From Pseudomonadota bacterium (GTDB taxonomy: Bacteria > Desulfobacterota > S145-22): a stretch of 51,145 nucleotides of DNA. The DNA is taken from positions 1-51,145 of the forward strand of contig WGDA01000168.1 of assembly GCA_015493505.1 (NCBI GenBank). The letters run 5' to 3'. Below the pieces are notes generated by a model. The model made no database searches. It was not told the DNA's origin and was given only the letters and a program-made list of their open reading frames with translations. This document shows, piece after piece, positions 17,296-26,088 of the stretch. Positions within the stretch are counted from its first letter, which is position 1. The number at the start of each line of letters is the position of its first letter. The position numbers and the translations under genes are program-made.

Positions 17296-18348
17296 ATGGC
17301 AAAGATAGGCGTTGTTCGGCACCCCATTTATCGCGAACATGACATGGGGCTTTATCATCCGGAATCGCCTGAAAGGCTTCAGGCAATCGAGCGGGAAATC
17401 AACAGGACATCCTTCAAAGATCCTTTGATCGAAATCGAGCCCAGACCCGCCCTGACCAAGGAACTTCAACGCGTTCACTCCCTCTCCTACATCCACCAGA
17501 TCTCTTCAACCTCCGGGAAAAACGTGCGGCTCGATCCGGACACCTCCACCTCTCCAAAATCCTACGACGCCGCACTGCTGGCGGCGGGAGGCGTGATTGA
17601 AGCAGTAAACAAAGTACTGGAGGGAAAAGTGGACCAGGCGTTTGCGCTGGTACGCCCTCCCGGCCATCACGCGGAAGACGACCGGGCCATGGGGTTTTGC
17701 CTGTTCAACAATGTCGCCATCGCGGCCAAACACGCCCTGGAAGACAAGAAACTGAAGCGAATTCTCATCGTTGACTGGGATCTTCACCATGGAAACGGAA
17801 CACAGCACTCCTTTTACAGCGACCCCCGCGTCATCTATTTTTCCACCCACCAGTACCCTTACTACCCCGGAACAGGAAGCCTTCAGGAGATCGGGGAAGG
17901 AGAAGGAGAAGGGTATACCATCAACGTGCCGCTGACCACGGGGAACGGTGACGAAGAATACGCCAACATCTTCAGACAGATTCTGATCCCCGTTGGGCAA
18001 AGCTTCAGCCCCGAACTGATCCTCGTCTCAGCAGGGTTCGATATCCACAAGGGGGATCCCCTCGGGGGGATGAATGTGACCGAAACCGGTTTCGCCCGCC
18101 TGGCACACCTCATCCTCAAACTCGCGGAAGAGACATGTGGCGGACGGGTCGTTTTTACCCTTGAAGGTGGGTACAACGTGGAAGGCGAGGCAAAAGCCGT
18201 CGTACAAATCCTTCATACCCTTCAGGGGGAGCTGCCCTTCGACCCGAAAGAACGCGAGAAGGCAGAGGATCAGGCGCTGAAAAAAATCCTCCCAACCCTG
18301 GACAGGATAAAATCTATCTATAGACCTTACTGGAAGGTGTTAAAGTAA
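17296..18348 (+). CDS. Zn-dependent histone deacetylase family amidohydrolase
   Basis: HPESPERL, RPPGHHA, GFCLFNN, DWDLHHGNGTQ, SAGFD, LEGGY. Confidence 0.95.
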   Translation: MAKIGVVRHPIYREHDMGLYHPESPERLQAIEREINRTSFKDPLIEIEPRPALTKELQRVHSLSYIHQISSTSGKNVRLDPDTSTSPKSYDAALLAAGGVIEAVNKVLEGKVDQAFALVRPPGHHAEDDRAMGFCLFNNVAIAAKHALEDKKLKRILIVDWDLHHGNGTQHSFYSDPRVIYFSTHQYPYYPGTGSLQEIGEGEGEGYTINVPLTTGNGDEEYANIFRQILIPVGQSFSPELILVSAGFDIHKGDPLGGMNVTETGFARLAHLILKLAEETCGGRVVFTLEGGYNVEGEAKAVVQILHTLQGELPFDPKEREKAEDQALKKILPTLDRIKSIYRPYWKVLK

Positions 18349-18354
18349 CCTGCC

Positions 18355-18639
18355 CTACTTTCCCTGGTTGATCCGGTCCCGAAGTTCTTTCCCAACCTTA
18401 AAGAAGGGAAGGCGCTTCGGCGCGACTTTAACCTTCTCCCCCGTTTTGGGGTTTCTCCCCTCATAGCCGTTATATTCACGGATGGAAAAACTTCCAAATC
18501 CGCGAATTTCAATACGCTCGCCATTCACGAGGGCCTGCTTCATCTCTTCGAAGATGGTGTCCACCACAATTTTGGCAACCTTTTGCGTGAGGTGCCCCTG
18601 TTTGACGAGCTCCTGTGTCAATTCTGCCTTGTTCATCAT
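18355..18639 (-). CDS. ihfB: Integration host factor beta / HU family protein
   Basis: MNKAEL..ERIEIRGFGSF..GRNPKTGE..PFFKVGKELRDRIN. Confidence 0.85.
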   Translation of the reverse strand: MMNKAELTQELVKQGHLTQKVAKIVVDTIFEEMKQALVNGERIEIRGFGSFSIREYNGYEGRNPKTGEKVKVAPKRLPFFKVGKELRDRINQGK

Positions 18640-18652
18640 TCCCCCCTTTCTT

Positions 18653-19474
18653 TTATCTCGTTTTCAAATATTCAACCGCGTTTCTGAAGAACTGGACCCC
18701 TTCACCTTCTTCGGGAAAGGCCTCCCGGGTCCATCGGGGATGATTGGTCCGGTGCAGGTACGCCTCCGGGTGCGGCATCATCCCGAAAACTCGTCCCGTT
18801 TCGTCACAAAGCGCCGCGATGGCGCCAACCGAGCCATTTGGGTTCAGGGGATAGCGAGATGTCGCTTCACCTGTTTCAGGGTCGCAATATACCATGACAT
18901 CCAGCCCTTTTTCCCTGATTTCCTTTAAAACCTCTTCCGAAGCCGGGAAAAACTTCCCCTCCCCGTGTCGAACCGGGAGGTACGCCTCGCGCATCCCTTT
19001 CGTGAAAACACACGGGCTCGCTTCGTTAATTTTCAAGGTTACCCAACGGTCCTCAAACCGGCCAGAATCGTTATGGGTCAGGGTCACCACCTGTTCAGGC
19101 GCCTCCCTTTTTCCCGTTCCGGGCAACAGCCCCATCTTGACCAGAAGCTGAAACCCATTACACACCCCGAAAACGAGCTTATCCTCCTCTATAAACCGGT
19201 ATATTTCATCCAGAAGCGTTCGGTTTGTCCCCCGGATCTTCCGATACCTGAACCGATTGGCCGCAGCCCGGGCAGCCCCCATGTCGTCTCCATCCAGAAA
19301 GCCCCCCGGCAGGTTCAGAAAATCATAATCCGCAAGGGTCGCCTCCCCTTCAAGCAGGTCTGATATATGCACGATATCCACCACGTCCGCGCCCCCCAGG
19401 CGACAACCATAAGCCATCTCTCTCTCACAATTTGTGCCGTTACCCGTGATGACAATGGCACGTACGTGTTTCAT
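18653..19474 (-). CDS. purQ: Phosphoribosylformylglycinamidine synthase glutaminase subunit
   Basis: GTNCERE, PGGFLDGD, GVCNGFQ, HNDSGRFE, HGEG, NPNGS, GMMPHPE. Confidence 0.95.
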   Translation of the reverse strand: MKHVRAIVITGNGTNCEREMAYGCRLGGADVVDIVHISDLLEGEATLADYDFLNLPGGFLDGDDMGAARAAANRFRYRKIRGTNRTLLDEIYRFIEEDKLVFGVCNGFQLLVKMGLLPGTGKREAPEQVVTLTHNDSGRFEDRWVTLKINEASPCVFTKGMREAYLPVRHGEGKFFPASEEVLKEIREKGLDVMVYCDPETGEATSRYPLNPNGSVGAIAALCDETGRVFGMMPHPEAYLHRTNHPRWTREAFPEEGEGVQFFRNAVEYLKTR

Positions 19475-19488
19475 ATAAACGAGACCCC

Positions 19489-20868
19489 TTATTCAGCCAC
19501 GCCAGGCAGCACCTTGGGCTTCTTGCCCAATTCGTCTCGAATCGTGTTCAATATCTTTTGGAACTCCTTTTCAAAGGCGATGAGATTGCGGTTGGTGGAT
19601 CCGGCCAAAGCCACCTCAACCTCCTTTCCATCAGGTTTCAAGATCACCCAGATTCGTCTGTGAGAGACAAAAAAGGTTACGATGAGCCCCCCAATCATCA
19701 TCAGGCATCCCAGCCAGACTACCCAGACGCCGGGGTCTTTCGTCACCTGCAGGCCCGTTGAATAAATCGCCTGCACGTTTTTCAGGACAAAAACGTACCT
19801 CCCACCCCGCTTCATGTCATACTCCGGGTAGTTCAGAAAAATCCAAAAGGTCTTCGATACCCCTTGAAGCGTGCGCTCCATAACCTGAACAGCCGGCCCA
19901 TACCCCTGCAGGTCAGGGTTGTACTGGACAATGGAAAAAGCGGTTCCGTCCGGAAGCAGGGTTTCAACTCCCCCCAGGAGTTTATAGGTTTTCTCCCTCT
20001 TTCCAGTTCTATCCATCACCATGAGGGTTAGAAGGGGGGAACGCTCCCGCTGATAAGACGACTGATAAAAACGGATGCCCTCAAACATCAGGGGATGATT
20101 CACACGGACCCTCTGATGATCAATAACCACCTTTCCATTCTTCAGAATGCTTAGCGTACTCGTGTAAGATTTGACCATCCCATTGGGGTAAAGGGCGATA
20201 TCGAACTTATCGCACCGGATCGTAAAATCAAGTTTTTCCGGGGTGTTCTTCCCGTCTCTCAGGTAAACTGTGTTGGTCTTGGCACCCTCAGGCAGGCTGA
20301 CGAAGGCCTCAAAGCCAAACAGCGACCCGAGAAGGGCGCCGCAAATGATAATAATCACGCTCAGGTGAGTGATATAGACCCCCATCCGGGAGATCTTTCC
20401 TTTTTCCGCGAAAAGGACTGTGACGCCATCCTTATCCGTTCTTTCGGCGTGTTTCAAAACGGCCGTGACCGTTTCCACCACCTTGTCCAGGTTCCCCTTC
20501 TTTCCGGATACCTTGAACGTGTCGCGTAACGGGTATTTTTTGATCTCATCCGGGCCCAGCCACTTCTTGGGATTTGAGATAAACTTCCATGCCCTGGGGA
20601 ACCGGTCCAGGGAGCAGAAAATAAGGTTGGCAATCAGCAGGATCAGAAAAAACTGGAACCACCAGGCATGGTAGAGGTCGAGCACCCCCAGCAGCTTCAT
20701 GACGTAAAAAGCCCCTGCCGAATAGTGCTTCAGATATTCGCTGTCAGGAAGACGCTGAGGGATGATAGTCCCAAAGATGGAAACTGCCGCGAGAACAATC
20801 AGCAATGTGATGGTCAGTTTCAGCGAGCAGAAAAAACGAAAGACGACATTCTTTTTATTTTTTTCCAA
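19489..20868 (-). CDS. resB: Cytochrome c biogenesis protein ResB/Ccs1 (system II)
   Basis: SIFGTIIPQ, YHAWWF, ITHLS, VNHPL..GIRFYQSSY, TGLQVTKDPG, HRRIW. Confidence 0.9.
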   Translation of the reverse strand: MEKNKKNVVFRFFCSLKLTITLLIVLAAVSIFGTIIPQRLPDSEYLKHYSAGAFYVMKLLGVLDLYHAWWFQFFLILLIANLIFCSLDRFPRAWKFISNPKKWLGPDEIKKYPLRDTFKVSGKKGNLDKVVETVTAVLKHAERTDKDGVTVLFAEKGKISRMGVYITHLSVIIIICGALLGSLFGFEAFVSLPEGAKTNTVYLRDGKNTPEKLDFTIRCDKFDIALYPNGMVKSYTSTLSILKNGKVVIDHQRVRVNHPLMFEGIRFYQSSYQRERSPLLTLMVMDRTGKREKTYKLLGGVETLLPDGTAFSIVQYNPDLQGYGPAVQVMERTLQGVSKTFWIFLNYPEYDMKRGGRYVFVLKNVQAIYSTGLQVTKDPGVWVVWLGCLMMIGGLIVTFFVSHRRIWVILKPDGKEVEVALAGSTNRNLIAFEKEFQKILNTIRDELGKKPKVLPGVAE

Positions 20869-20974
20869 ATCCCTTAAATCCTTTATAGTTTCAAAAAATG
20901 CAGTGTATGCCTACCACAGTTTTTATTCCGCTGTCAAGGCAAATGAAACCGTCAGAAAAAAAATATCGTTTCGG

Positions 20975-21661
20975 TCAGAACCCCTGAGCGCTCAACTGCT
21001 GGCGGATAAAGGACCGGACCGCTTCTTTCCCTTTGAATACGCCATAATGCCCCTCGCAAAGAATGTCTGCCTCCAGGCTCAAGAGCCTTTCCATCGACTC
21101 CTTCCACTGCAGAATGTCCGAATCAAAGGCCTCCATGAAGGGCCCATGAATATCCTGGCCAAATAGCACCCGTGACTCTTTCTGGTCCATCACGGCGACA
21201 CAGGAGCCCGGTGTATGCCCTGGTGCATGGATCAGGGTAAGCGGATACGGAGCCACCTCGAGCGAAAAGCTCTCATCCTCTATCACCATATCGATCTCAA
21301 GGGGAGGCAGGGTAACTCCGTACCAGTTGGCTGCGGTTTTAACGGGATCGGCTGTCACAAGCGCCTCAAGGTCCCCCCGATGGGCCACCAGGCGGAGATC
21401 GGGACATGCCTCCCTGAAAAAATGGGCACCTCCGACATGATCAATATGACAGTGGGTCAGGAACAGATACCGGAGAGAGTCTGGATGGCACCCGGCATCC
21501 TTTACGGCTTCAAGAATCTCTCGGGCTGAGGCCCCCGCCCCCGCGTCGATCAGGACAGATGGGGATCCCTTCACGAGGTAAACCATACAGTCCGCCGCGT
21601 CTGTCAGGCCGGGCCCGCCAACCTGGTAAACATTTTCGGAAATCTTGACAGCCCGGGTCAT
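20975..21661 (-). CDS. Metallo-beta-lactamase fold hydrolase
   Basis: THCHIDHVGG, PGHTPGS, LFGQD, CEGH. Confidence 0.9.
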   Translation of the reverse strand: MTRAVKISENVYQVGGPGLTDAADCMVYLVKGSPSVLIDAGAGASAREILEAVKDAGCHPDSLRYLFLTHCHIDHVGGAHFFREACPDLRLVAHRGDLEALVTADPVKTAANWYGVTLPPLEIDMVIEDESFSLEVAPYPLTLIHAPGHTPGSCVAVMDQKESRVLFGQDIHGPFMEAFDSDILQWKESMERLLSLEADILCEGHYGVFKGKEAVRSFIRQQLSAQGF

Positions 21662-21663
21662 CT

Positions 21664-22179
21664 CTAACGGTTGAGTATCCCCTGGGACATGGCCATCTTG
21701 AAAACGAGCAGAAAGCCGGGGGCAAAAATAGCCGGGGTATGGACCGTCCAGAGGGAGACCTTATGGATATCCATGAATTTCCCGTCCATTATCTCTCGTG
21801 GATTGGCTTTGATATCCTCCATCGCGTGAGCCGTAAAGAATGCCACATGTTCCCACCCCGTCTCCAGACAGGCCTTTATCTTGAACCAGTAGATGGGACG
21901 GCTTCGAATCCCCAGTTCCTCTTCCAGCTCGCGCATGGCAGCCGTTTCATAGGTTTCCCCCCAGTCCACGTGTCCCGCCGCCGAAGAATCCCAACACCCA
22001 GGATACTGATCCTTGTTCATCGCGCGTTTCTGAAGGTACAACTGGCCATGGCGGTTAAAGACAAAAATGTGGACACTTCGATGCAGCAATCCTTGCTGAT
22101 GGATCTCCCGTCGGGTCGCCTTCCCCACAACCTGGTCTCGATCGTCCACAACCGCGTAGATTTCGTCCTGATCATTCAT
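21664..22179 (-). CDS. Nudix hydrolase (YfcD/IDI-like subfamily)
   Basis: GHVDWGETYETAAMRELEEELGI Nudix box; LHRSVHIFVFN..LQKR; start 22179 overlaps the ade stop (ATGA). Confidence 0.88.
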   Translation of the reverse strand: MNDQDEIYAVVDDRDQVVGKATRREIHQQGLLHRSVHIFVFNRHGQLYLQKRAMNKDQYPGCWDSSAAGHVDWGETYETAAMRELEEELGIRSRPIYWFKIKACLETGWEHVAFFTAHAMEDIKANPREIMDGKFMDIHKVSLWTVHTPAIFAPGFLLVFKMAMSQGILNR

Positions 22180-23939
22180 GAGACCACCACCGGGATAAGT
22201 TTGCGTTTTCTCATATCCAGCAGCCCCCGATCCGTCAACCGGTAAAAGGGAAGCCCCGTAAAGGTCAGAGTCTGAAGGACCAGGGAGGGGCGGGGAAGCT
22301 GACACCCCATCTCCTTCAAGGTCCCCTCAAATTCATGGAGCTCACACGCCACCTCATCCAGATGCCTGTCACTCATGACCCCGGCGATGGGCAAGGGAAC
22401 CTCGGAAACGATCTCCTCCCCCAGGCTGAACACCATACCTCCGCCCAGCTCCCGAATCCTGTTGACCGCGGCCGCCATGTCGCATTCGTTGGGCCCCAGC
22501 ACCACGATATTGTTGCAGTCCCAGCTCAGACTGGTCGCCACGGCCCCTTCTCTCAATCCAAACCCGCTCACAAACCCCACCGTCTCCGGGAAGGAGGTGG
22601 CGCCCCGGTAAATCACCGCCATTTTTGAGATATCCTGAGCGGGGTTTGCCATGATGTTCCCATCGTCCGTCACCGGAAGGACGCTTTCCATGAGGTCAGT
22701 AACCGTCTCGGATTTTATCTTTATCACACGTACCCTAACTTCTGGGCCCTTCGCGGAATAATAAAAATCTATTTCATCCGCCGGATGAATCCCAATGCTG
22801 TTGCGAAAGGAATCAGCGAAAAGACAAGGTTGCGGAGGATGTGAAAACTCGCCCTCTTTCCACACCACGTTTCCCTCTGACATCACCATCCGCACCTCGA
22901 AATCCTTCAGATCACTCACCGCAATGATGTCCGCCAGCCATCCCGGCGCGATGCCGCCCCTTTTCTCCAAACCAAAATGCCGCGCCACGTGAAGACTGAG
23001 CATCTTGACCGTATCCACGGGATCCAGCCCATACCCCACGGCAAGCCGGGCGACATGATTCAGGTAGCCGTCCCTCACAAGCATCTCGGGAGAATACCCG
23101 TCGGTCGCCAGCATCAACCCTTCCACTCCGCGTCCCCGTAACGCCGGCGCGATGGCCTTGAGGTCATTACGGATATATCCGCAACGAATCATCACCTCCA
23201 GGCCGAGGCGGCGCTTTTCGAAAACTTCCTCTGGCGCAACGGACTCATGACAGCTTGTCACCCCCGCGCCCAGATAGGCCTGCAACCTGTCGCCTCGCGC
23301 GCCAGCGGCGTGCCCCTCCACCGTTTTACCGGCTCTCCGGGCCTCCGCGATCCTTTCCAGCAACTCCCGCTGGCCATCGAGAAGCGGGGTCCAGTAAACC
23401 TCTCCAACCCCAACTGTCATATCCTGTGACAGAATTTCTTTGAAATCCGACAGGGTGAAAGGATGGCATGTCTCAAATTCCGGGAAAGGAGGAACCTCCG
23501 GCGGCGCGGTCACGAAGACCGGAATCGGCTGGCGCAGCGCGTCTTCCATAAAGGCCAGGACGCCATCCCTGCCCTGAACCGACGCGATGGCGGCGGTCTC
23601 CGAGACGAGGCAGGTAAGGCCACCCGGAATCGCGTATTTCAGAAACTCGCCAAGCGTGACTCCGGCATCCGCGTGCGCATGCCCTTCAATAAACCCTGGG
23701 CAGAGCACCGAGGAACCAAGGTCGATCAGCTCTGTCTTCTCATCAAGCGCCAGGGGATGATCCCATCTCACCACATAGCAGAACCACTCCCCCCAGATAC
23801 CAACGTAAACTTCCCTTTCAACCTCGCCCGTGAAGACATTAACCAGCCCGGCAGCCTTCAAGACCTTTTCAGGCGGCGCCTTGAACTGGCCCACGCGCAT
23901 TACCGTGCCGACCGTATCTCCCGTCAACTCTTTGCCCAC
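22176..23939 (-). CDS. ade: Adenine deaminase family amidohydrolase
   Basis: PGFIEGHAH, GEV, EGHA, CHES, LATDG, GGIAPG..AD, GAVATS..DCNNIVV, PLPIAGVMS, LTDRGL. Confidence 0.8.
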   Translation of the reverse strand: MGKELTGDTVGTVMRVGQFKAPPEKVLKAAGLVNVFTGEVEREVYVGIWGEWFCYVVRWDHPLALDEKTELIDLGSSVLCPGFIEGHAHADAGVTLGEFLKYAIPGGLTCLVSETAAIASVQGRDGVLAFMEDALRQPIPVFVTAPPEVPPFPEFETCHPFTLSDFKEILSQDMTVGVGEVYWTPLLDGQRELLERIAEARRAGKTVEGHAAGARGDRLQAYLGAGVTSCHESVAPEEVFEKRRLGLEVMIRCGYIRNDLKAIAPALRGRGVEGLMLATDGYSPEMLVRDGYLNHVARLAVGYGLDPVDTVKMLSLHVARHFGLEKRGGIAPGWLADIIAVSDLKDFEVRMVMSEGNVVWKEGEFSHPPQPCLFADSFRNSIGIHPADEIDFYYSAKGPEVRVRVIKIKSETVTDLMESVLPVTDDGNIMANPAQDISKMAVIYRGATSFPETVGFVSGFGLREGAVATSLSWDCNNIVVLGPNECDMAAAVNRIRELGGGMVFSLGEEIVSEVPLPIAGVMSDRHLDEVACELHEFEGTLKEMGCQLPRPSLVLQTLTFTGLPFYRLTDRGLLDMRKRKLIPVVVS

Positions 23940-24117
23940 GTCTTCCCCTTTCTTCCTTCAAAAAACGGAATCGATACCGCACTATAAAAAAAGTGGTCAG
24001 AAAAATCAACGAGAACCAACACGCCCAAATCCTGCATGGTACCTCAAACCAGGCTGGGGAATACGGTTTTTTAATAAATAAGGGGGGAGCGTCATCCATG
24101 ACGCGGCCTTTGCGGTC

Positions 24118-24175
24118 CTTCAGGTATTTCCGGCAATACCTTGTACCCGCCAATGTAATACTGCCATACCTCAGG
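24118..24175. repeat. Degenerate palindromic (REP-like) element
   Basis: CTTCAGGTATTTCCGGCAATA pairs imperfectly with AATACTGCCATACCTCAGG. Confidence 0.45.
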
Positions 24176-24224
24176 CGCGACGCCTTAGTCGGATGAACCC
24201 GAAATATAACCAAAGCTGAACCGC

Positions 24225-24291
24225 TACCATCTTCAGGAGTTACCTTCTTTGAACACCCAAAGGGTTTCCAGTTCAACTGGGCAGGCAGGGC
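24225..24291 (-). repeat. Dispersed REP/MITE-like repeat, copy B
   Basis: Reverse complement aligns with 6981-7047; internal hairpin TTGAAC-ACCC AAA GGGT-..-GTTCAA. Confidence 0.7.
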
Positions 24292-24330
24292 GGTCAGGCA
24301 AAACAAAACCGCTTAGAAGCAGGAAAAAAC

Positions 24331-24359
24331 TTGACGAATGACGTAACATGTCTTATTAT
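24331..24359 (+). promoter_or_regulatory. Sigma-70 promoter of higBA (probably leaderless)
   Basis: TTGACG-17 bp-TATTAT, with ATG 6 nt later and no SD. Confidence 0.6.
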
Positions 24360-24365
24360 AAATAA

Positions 24366-24644
24366 ATGATAAAATCGTTTCGGTGTAAGGATACTGAGAA
24401 GTTATTCAATGATATTGAGGCGCCGAGATTTAAAAATATTGAGCGAATTGCAAGAAGGAAATTAGAAATGCTCCATGCAGCGCCCTCATTACAAAGTTTA
24501 CGCGTTCCACCTGGAAACCGTCTCGAACGATTAAAAGGGAATCGAGAGGACCAATATAGCATCAGGATAAATGACCAGTGGCGTATTTGTTTCAAATGGG
24601 ATGGTGGCGACGCAATAGAGGTAGAAATAGTTGATTATCATTGA
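24366..24644 (+). CDS. higB: HigB toxin (RelE/ParE superfamily)
   Basis: MIKSF..TEKLF, LRVPPGNRLERLKG..QYSIRINDQWRICF.W..VEIVDYH. Confidence 0.95.
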   Translation: MIKSFRCKDTEKLFNDIEAPRFKNIERIARRKLEMLHAAPSLQSLRVPPGNRLERLKGNREDQYSIRINDQWRICFKWDGGDAIEVEIVDYH

Positions 24645-24653
24645 GGTTAAATT

Positions 24654-24980
24654 ATGGCAAAGAAATTAGAACCAATAACTCCTGGAGAGATCTTACTTGA
24701 AGAATTTTTGAAGCCAATGGGCATAAGCCGGGCCAAATTGGCAAAGGATATCCACGTCCCCCCAAATCGGATCAGCCAGATTATTCGTGGAAAAAGAGAG
24801 ATAACGGCTGATACCGCCATGAGGTTGGGGCGTTACTTCGGAATAGAGCCTGAATTTTGGCTGAATCTACAGATGAGATATAACATGAAAATAGCCCAGA
24901 AGATAATAGGACGAAAGATTGAGAAGGAAGTTCGGCCATGCAACACCATGGGTAAATCTGGAAAGGTGGTGGCGGCTTGA
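24654..24980 (+). CDS. higA: HigA antitoxin (Xre HTH)
   Basis: PGEILLEEFLKPMGIS..LAKDI..RISQIIRGKREITADTAMRLGRYFG..EFWLNLQ. Confidence 0.95.
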   Translation: MAKKLEPITPGEILLEEFLKPMGISRAKLAKDIHVPPNRISQIIRGKREITADTAMRLGRYFGIEPEFWLNLQMRYNMKIAQKIIGRKIEKEVRPCNTMGKSGKVVAA

Positions 24981-24994
24981 AAAAACCAAGTGAA

Positions 24995-25085
24995 AGGTTT
25001 GCCCAGTGAAATACGCCCCAGTACGATCTCCCGGACCTACGGGGTAAACGATGCTGTGGCTTTGCCAATTTCATTAGGCAAACCT
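24995..25085. repeat. Nested palindromic REP-like element
   Basis: Outer arms AGGTTTGCCCAGTGAAAT (24995-25012) and ATTTCATTAGGCAAACCT (25068-25085), 16/18 complementary; inner CCCCAGTA..TACGGGG stem. Confidence 0.7.
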
Positions 25086-25148
25086 CCCCCTCAGACTTAC
25101 GCCTAAAAGGCTTAACCACTTAAAACTTAATAACTTTTTACTTCTTTT

Positions 25149-25219
25149 CTTCGCGTGCTTTGCGGCTTCGCGTGAGCTACTGGTTTTTCAGTCTGTGTTC
25201 ATCCGCGAAAATCTGTGGC
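25149..25219. repeat. Two short triplet tandem repeats
   Basis: CTTCGCGTG-CTTTGCGG-CTTCGCGTG and TCTGTGTTCA-TCCGCGAAAA-TCTGTGGC. Confidence 0.55.
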
Positions 25220-25221
25220 AC

Positions 25222-25995
25222 CTACTTTTCCGCTTTCTCCTCCGCTTCCTTTTTATCCATCATGGCCAGAAATGGCTTCAGCAGTTCAATGGGGATGGGA
25301 AAGATGGTGGTGGAGCTGTTTTCCGTGGCGATCTCCACGAGGGTCTGCAGGTACCGGAGCTGCAGGGCGATGGGATGCTGACCGATAATCTCGGAGGCCT
25401 CCGTCAGCTTGGTGGCCGCCTGGTATTCGCCCTCCGCATTGATAACTTTCGCGCGCCTTTCCCGTTCCGCCTCGGCCTGCCGCGCCATGGAGCGCTGCAT
25501 CTCTTCCGGCAGGTCGATATGTTTGACCTCGACCGCGGAGACCTTGATCCCCCAGGGATCGGTGTGCTTGTCCAGGACATCCTGAAGTTCGAAGTTAATC
25601 TTTTCGCGATTCGACAGCAGGTCATCCAGCTCGGCCTGTCCCAGGATACTCCGCAGGGTGGTCTGCGCCAACTGGGAGGTGGCGTAGAGATAGTCATCCA
25701 CCTCGATAATCGCCTTCTCCGGGTCGATAACACGGAAATAGACCACGGCGTTGACCTTGATGGAGACATTGTCCTTCGTAATCACGTCCTGCGGCGGCAC
25801 GTCCATGACCACTGTCCGGAGGCTCACCTTGATCATCCGCTCGATGAAGGGGATAAGAATGATGAGGCCGGGACCGCGCGCGCCCACAAGCCGCCCAAGC
25901 CTGAAAATCACGCCCCGTTCGTACTCCTTGAGGATTTTCAGCATGGAAAACAGGATAACGAGCAGAATAACAATGGGTGGTATCAGATACATCAC
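25222..25995 (-). CDS. SPFH/stomatin-like (slipin) protein
   Basis: [60 protein letters not shown]. Confidence 0.95.
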   Translation of the reverse strand: MMYLIPPIVILLVILFSMLKILKEYERGVIFRLGRLVGARGPGLIILIPFIERMIKVSLRTVVMDVPPQDVITKDNVSIKVNAVVYFRVIDPEKAIIEVDDYLYATSQLAQTTLRSILGQAELDDLLSNREKINFELQDVLDKHTDPWGIKVSAVEVKHIDLPEEMQRSMARQAEAERERRAKVINAEGEYQAATKLTEASEIIGQHPIALQLRYLQTLVEIATENSSTTIFPIPIELLKPFLAMMDKKEAEEKAEK

Positions 25996-26088
25996 GTTTC
26001 CTCCCTTTTTCAGGTTGGCTGTTTACAGGCTTGCCCCCAAGAGGCCGGCGGCTTCTACCGGTAAGGTCTCCCGCTCCTGGGTTTTCTT

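Noticed and set aside
23940-24330. Purine riboswitch upstream of adenine deaminase
   Set aside because: The conserved core (TATAAT..ATATGG..TTTCTACC..CCGTAAA) is absent on the minus strand.
24991-25090. c-di-GMP-I riboswitch (GGCAAACC and GCAAAGCC words)
   Set aside because: The words are in the wrong order, there is no GAAA tetraloop stem, and the site lies between convergent 3' ends. It is better explained as an inverted repeat.
24330-25140. Integron cassette carrying higBA
   Set aside because: No convincing RYYYAAC..GTTRRRY attC pair and no integrase in the window.
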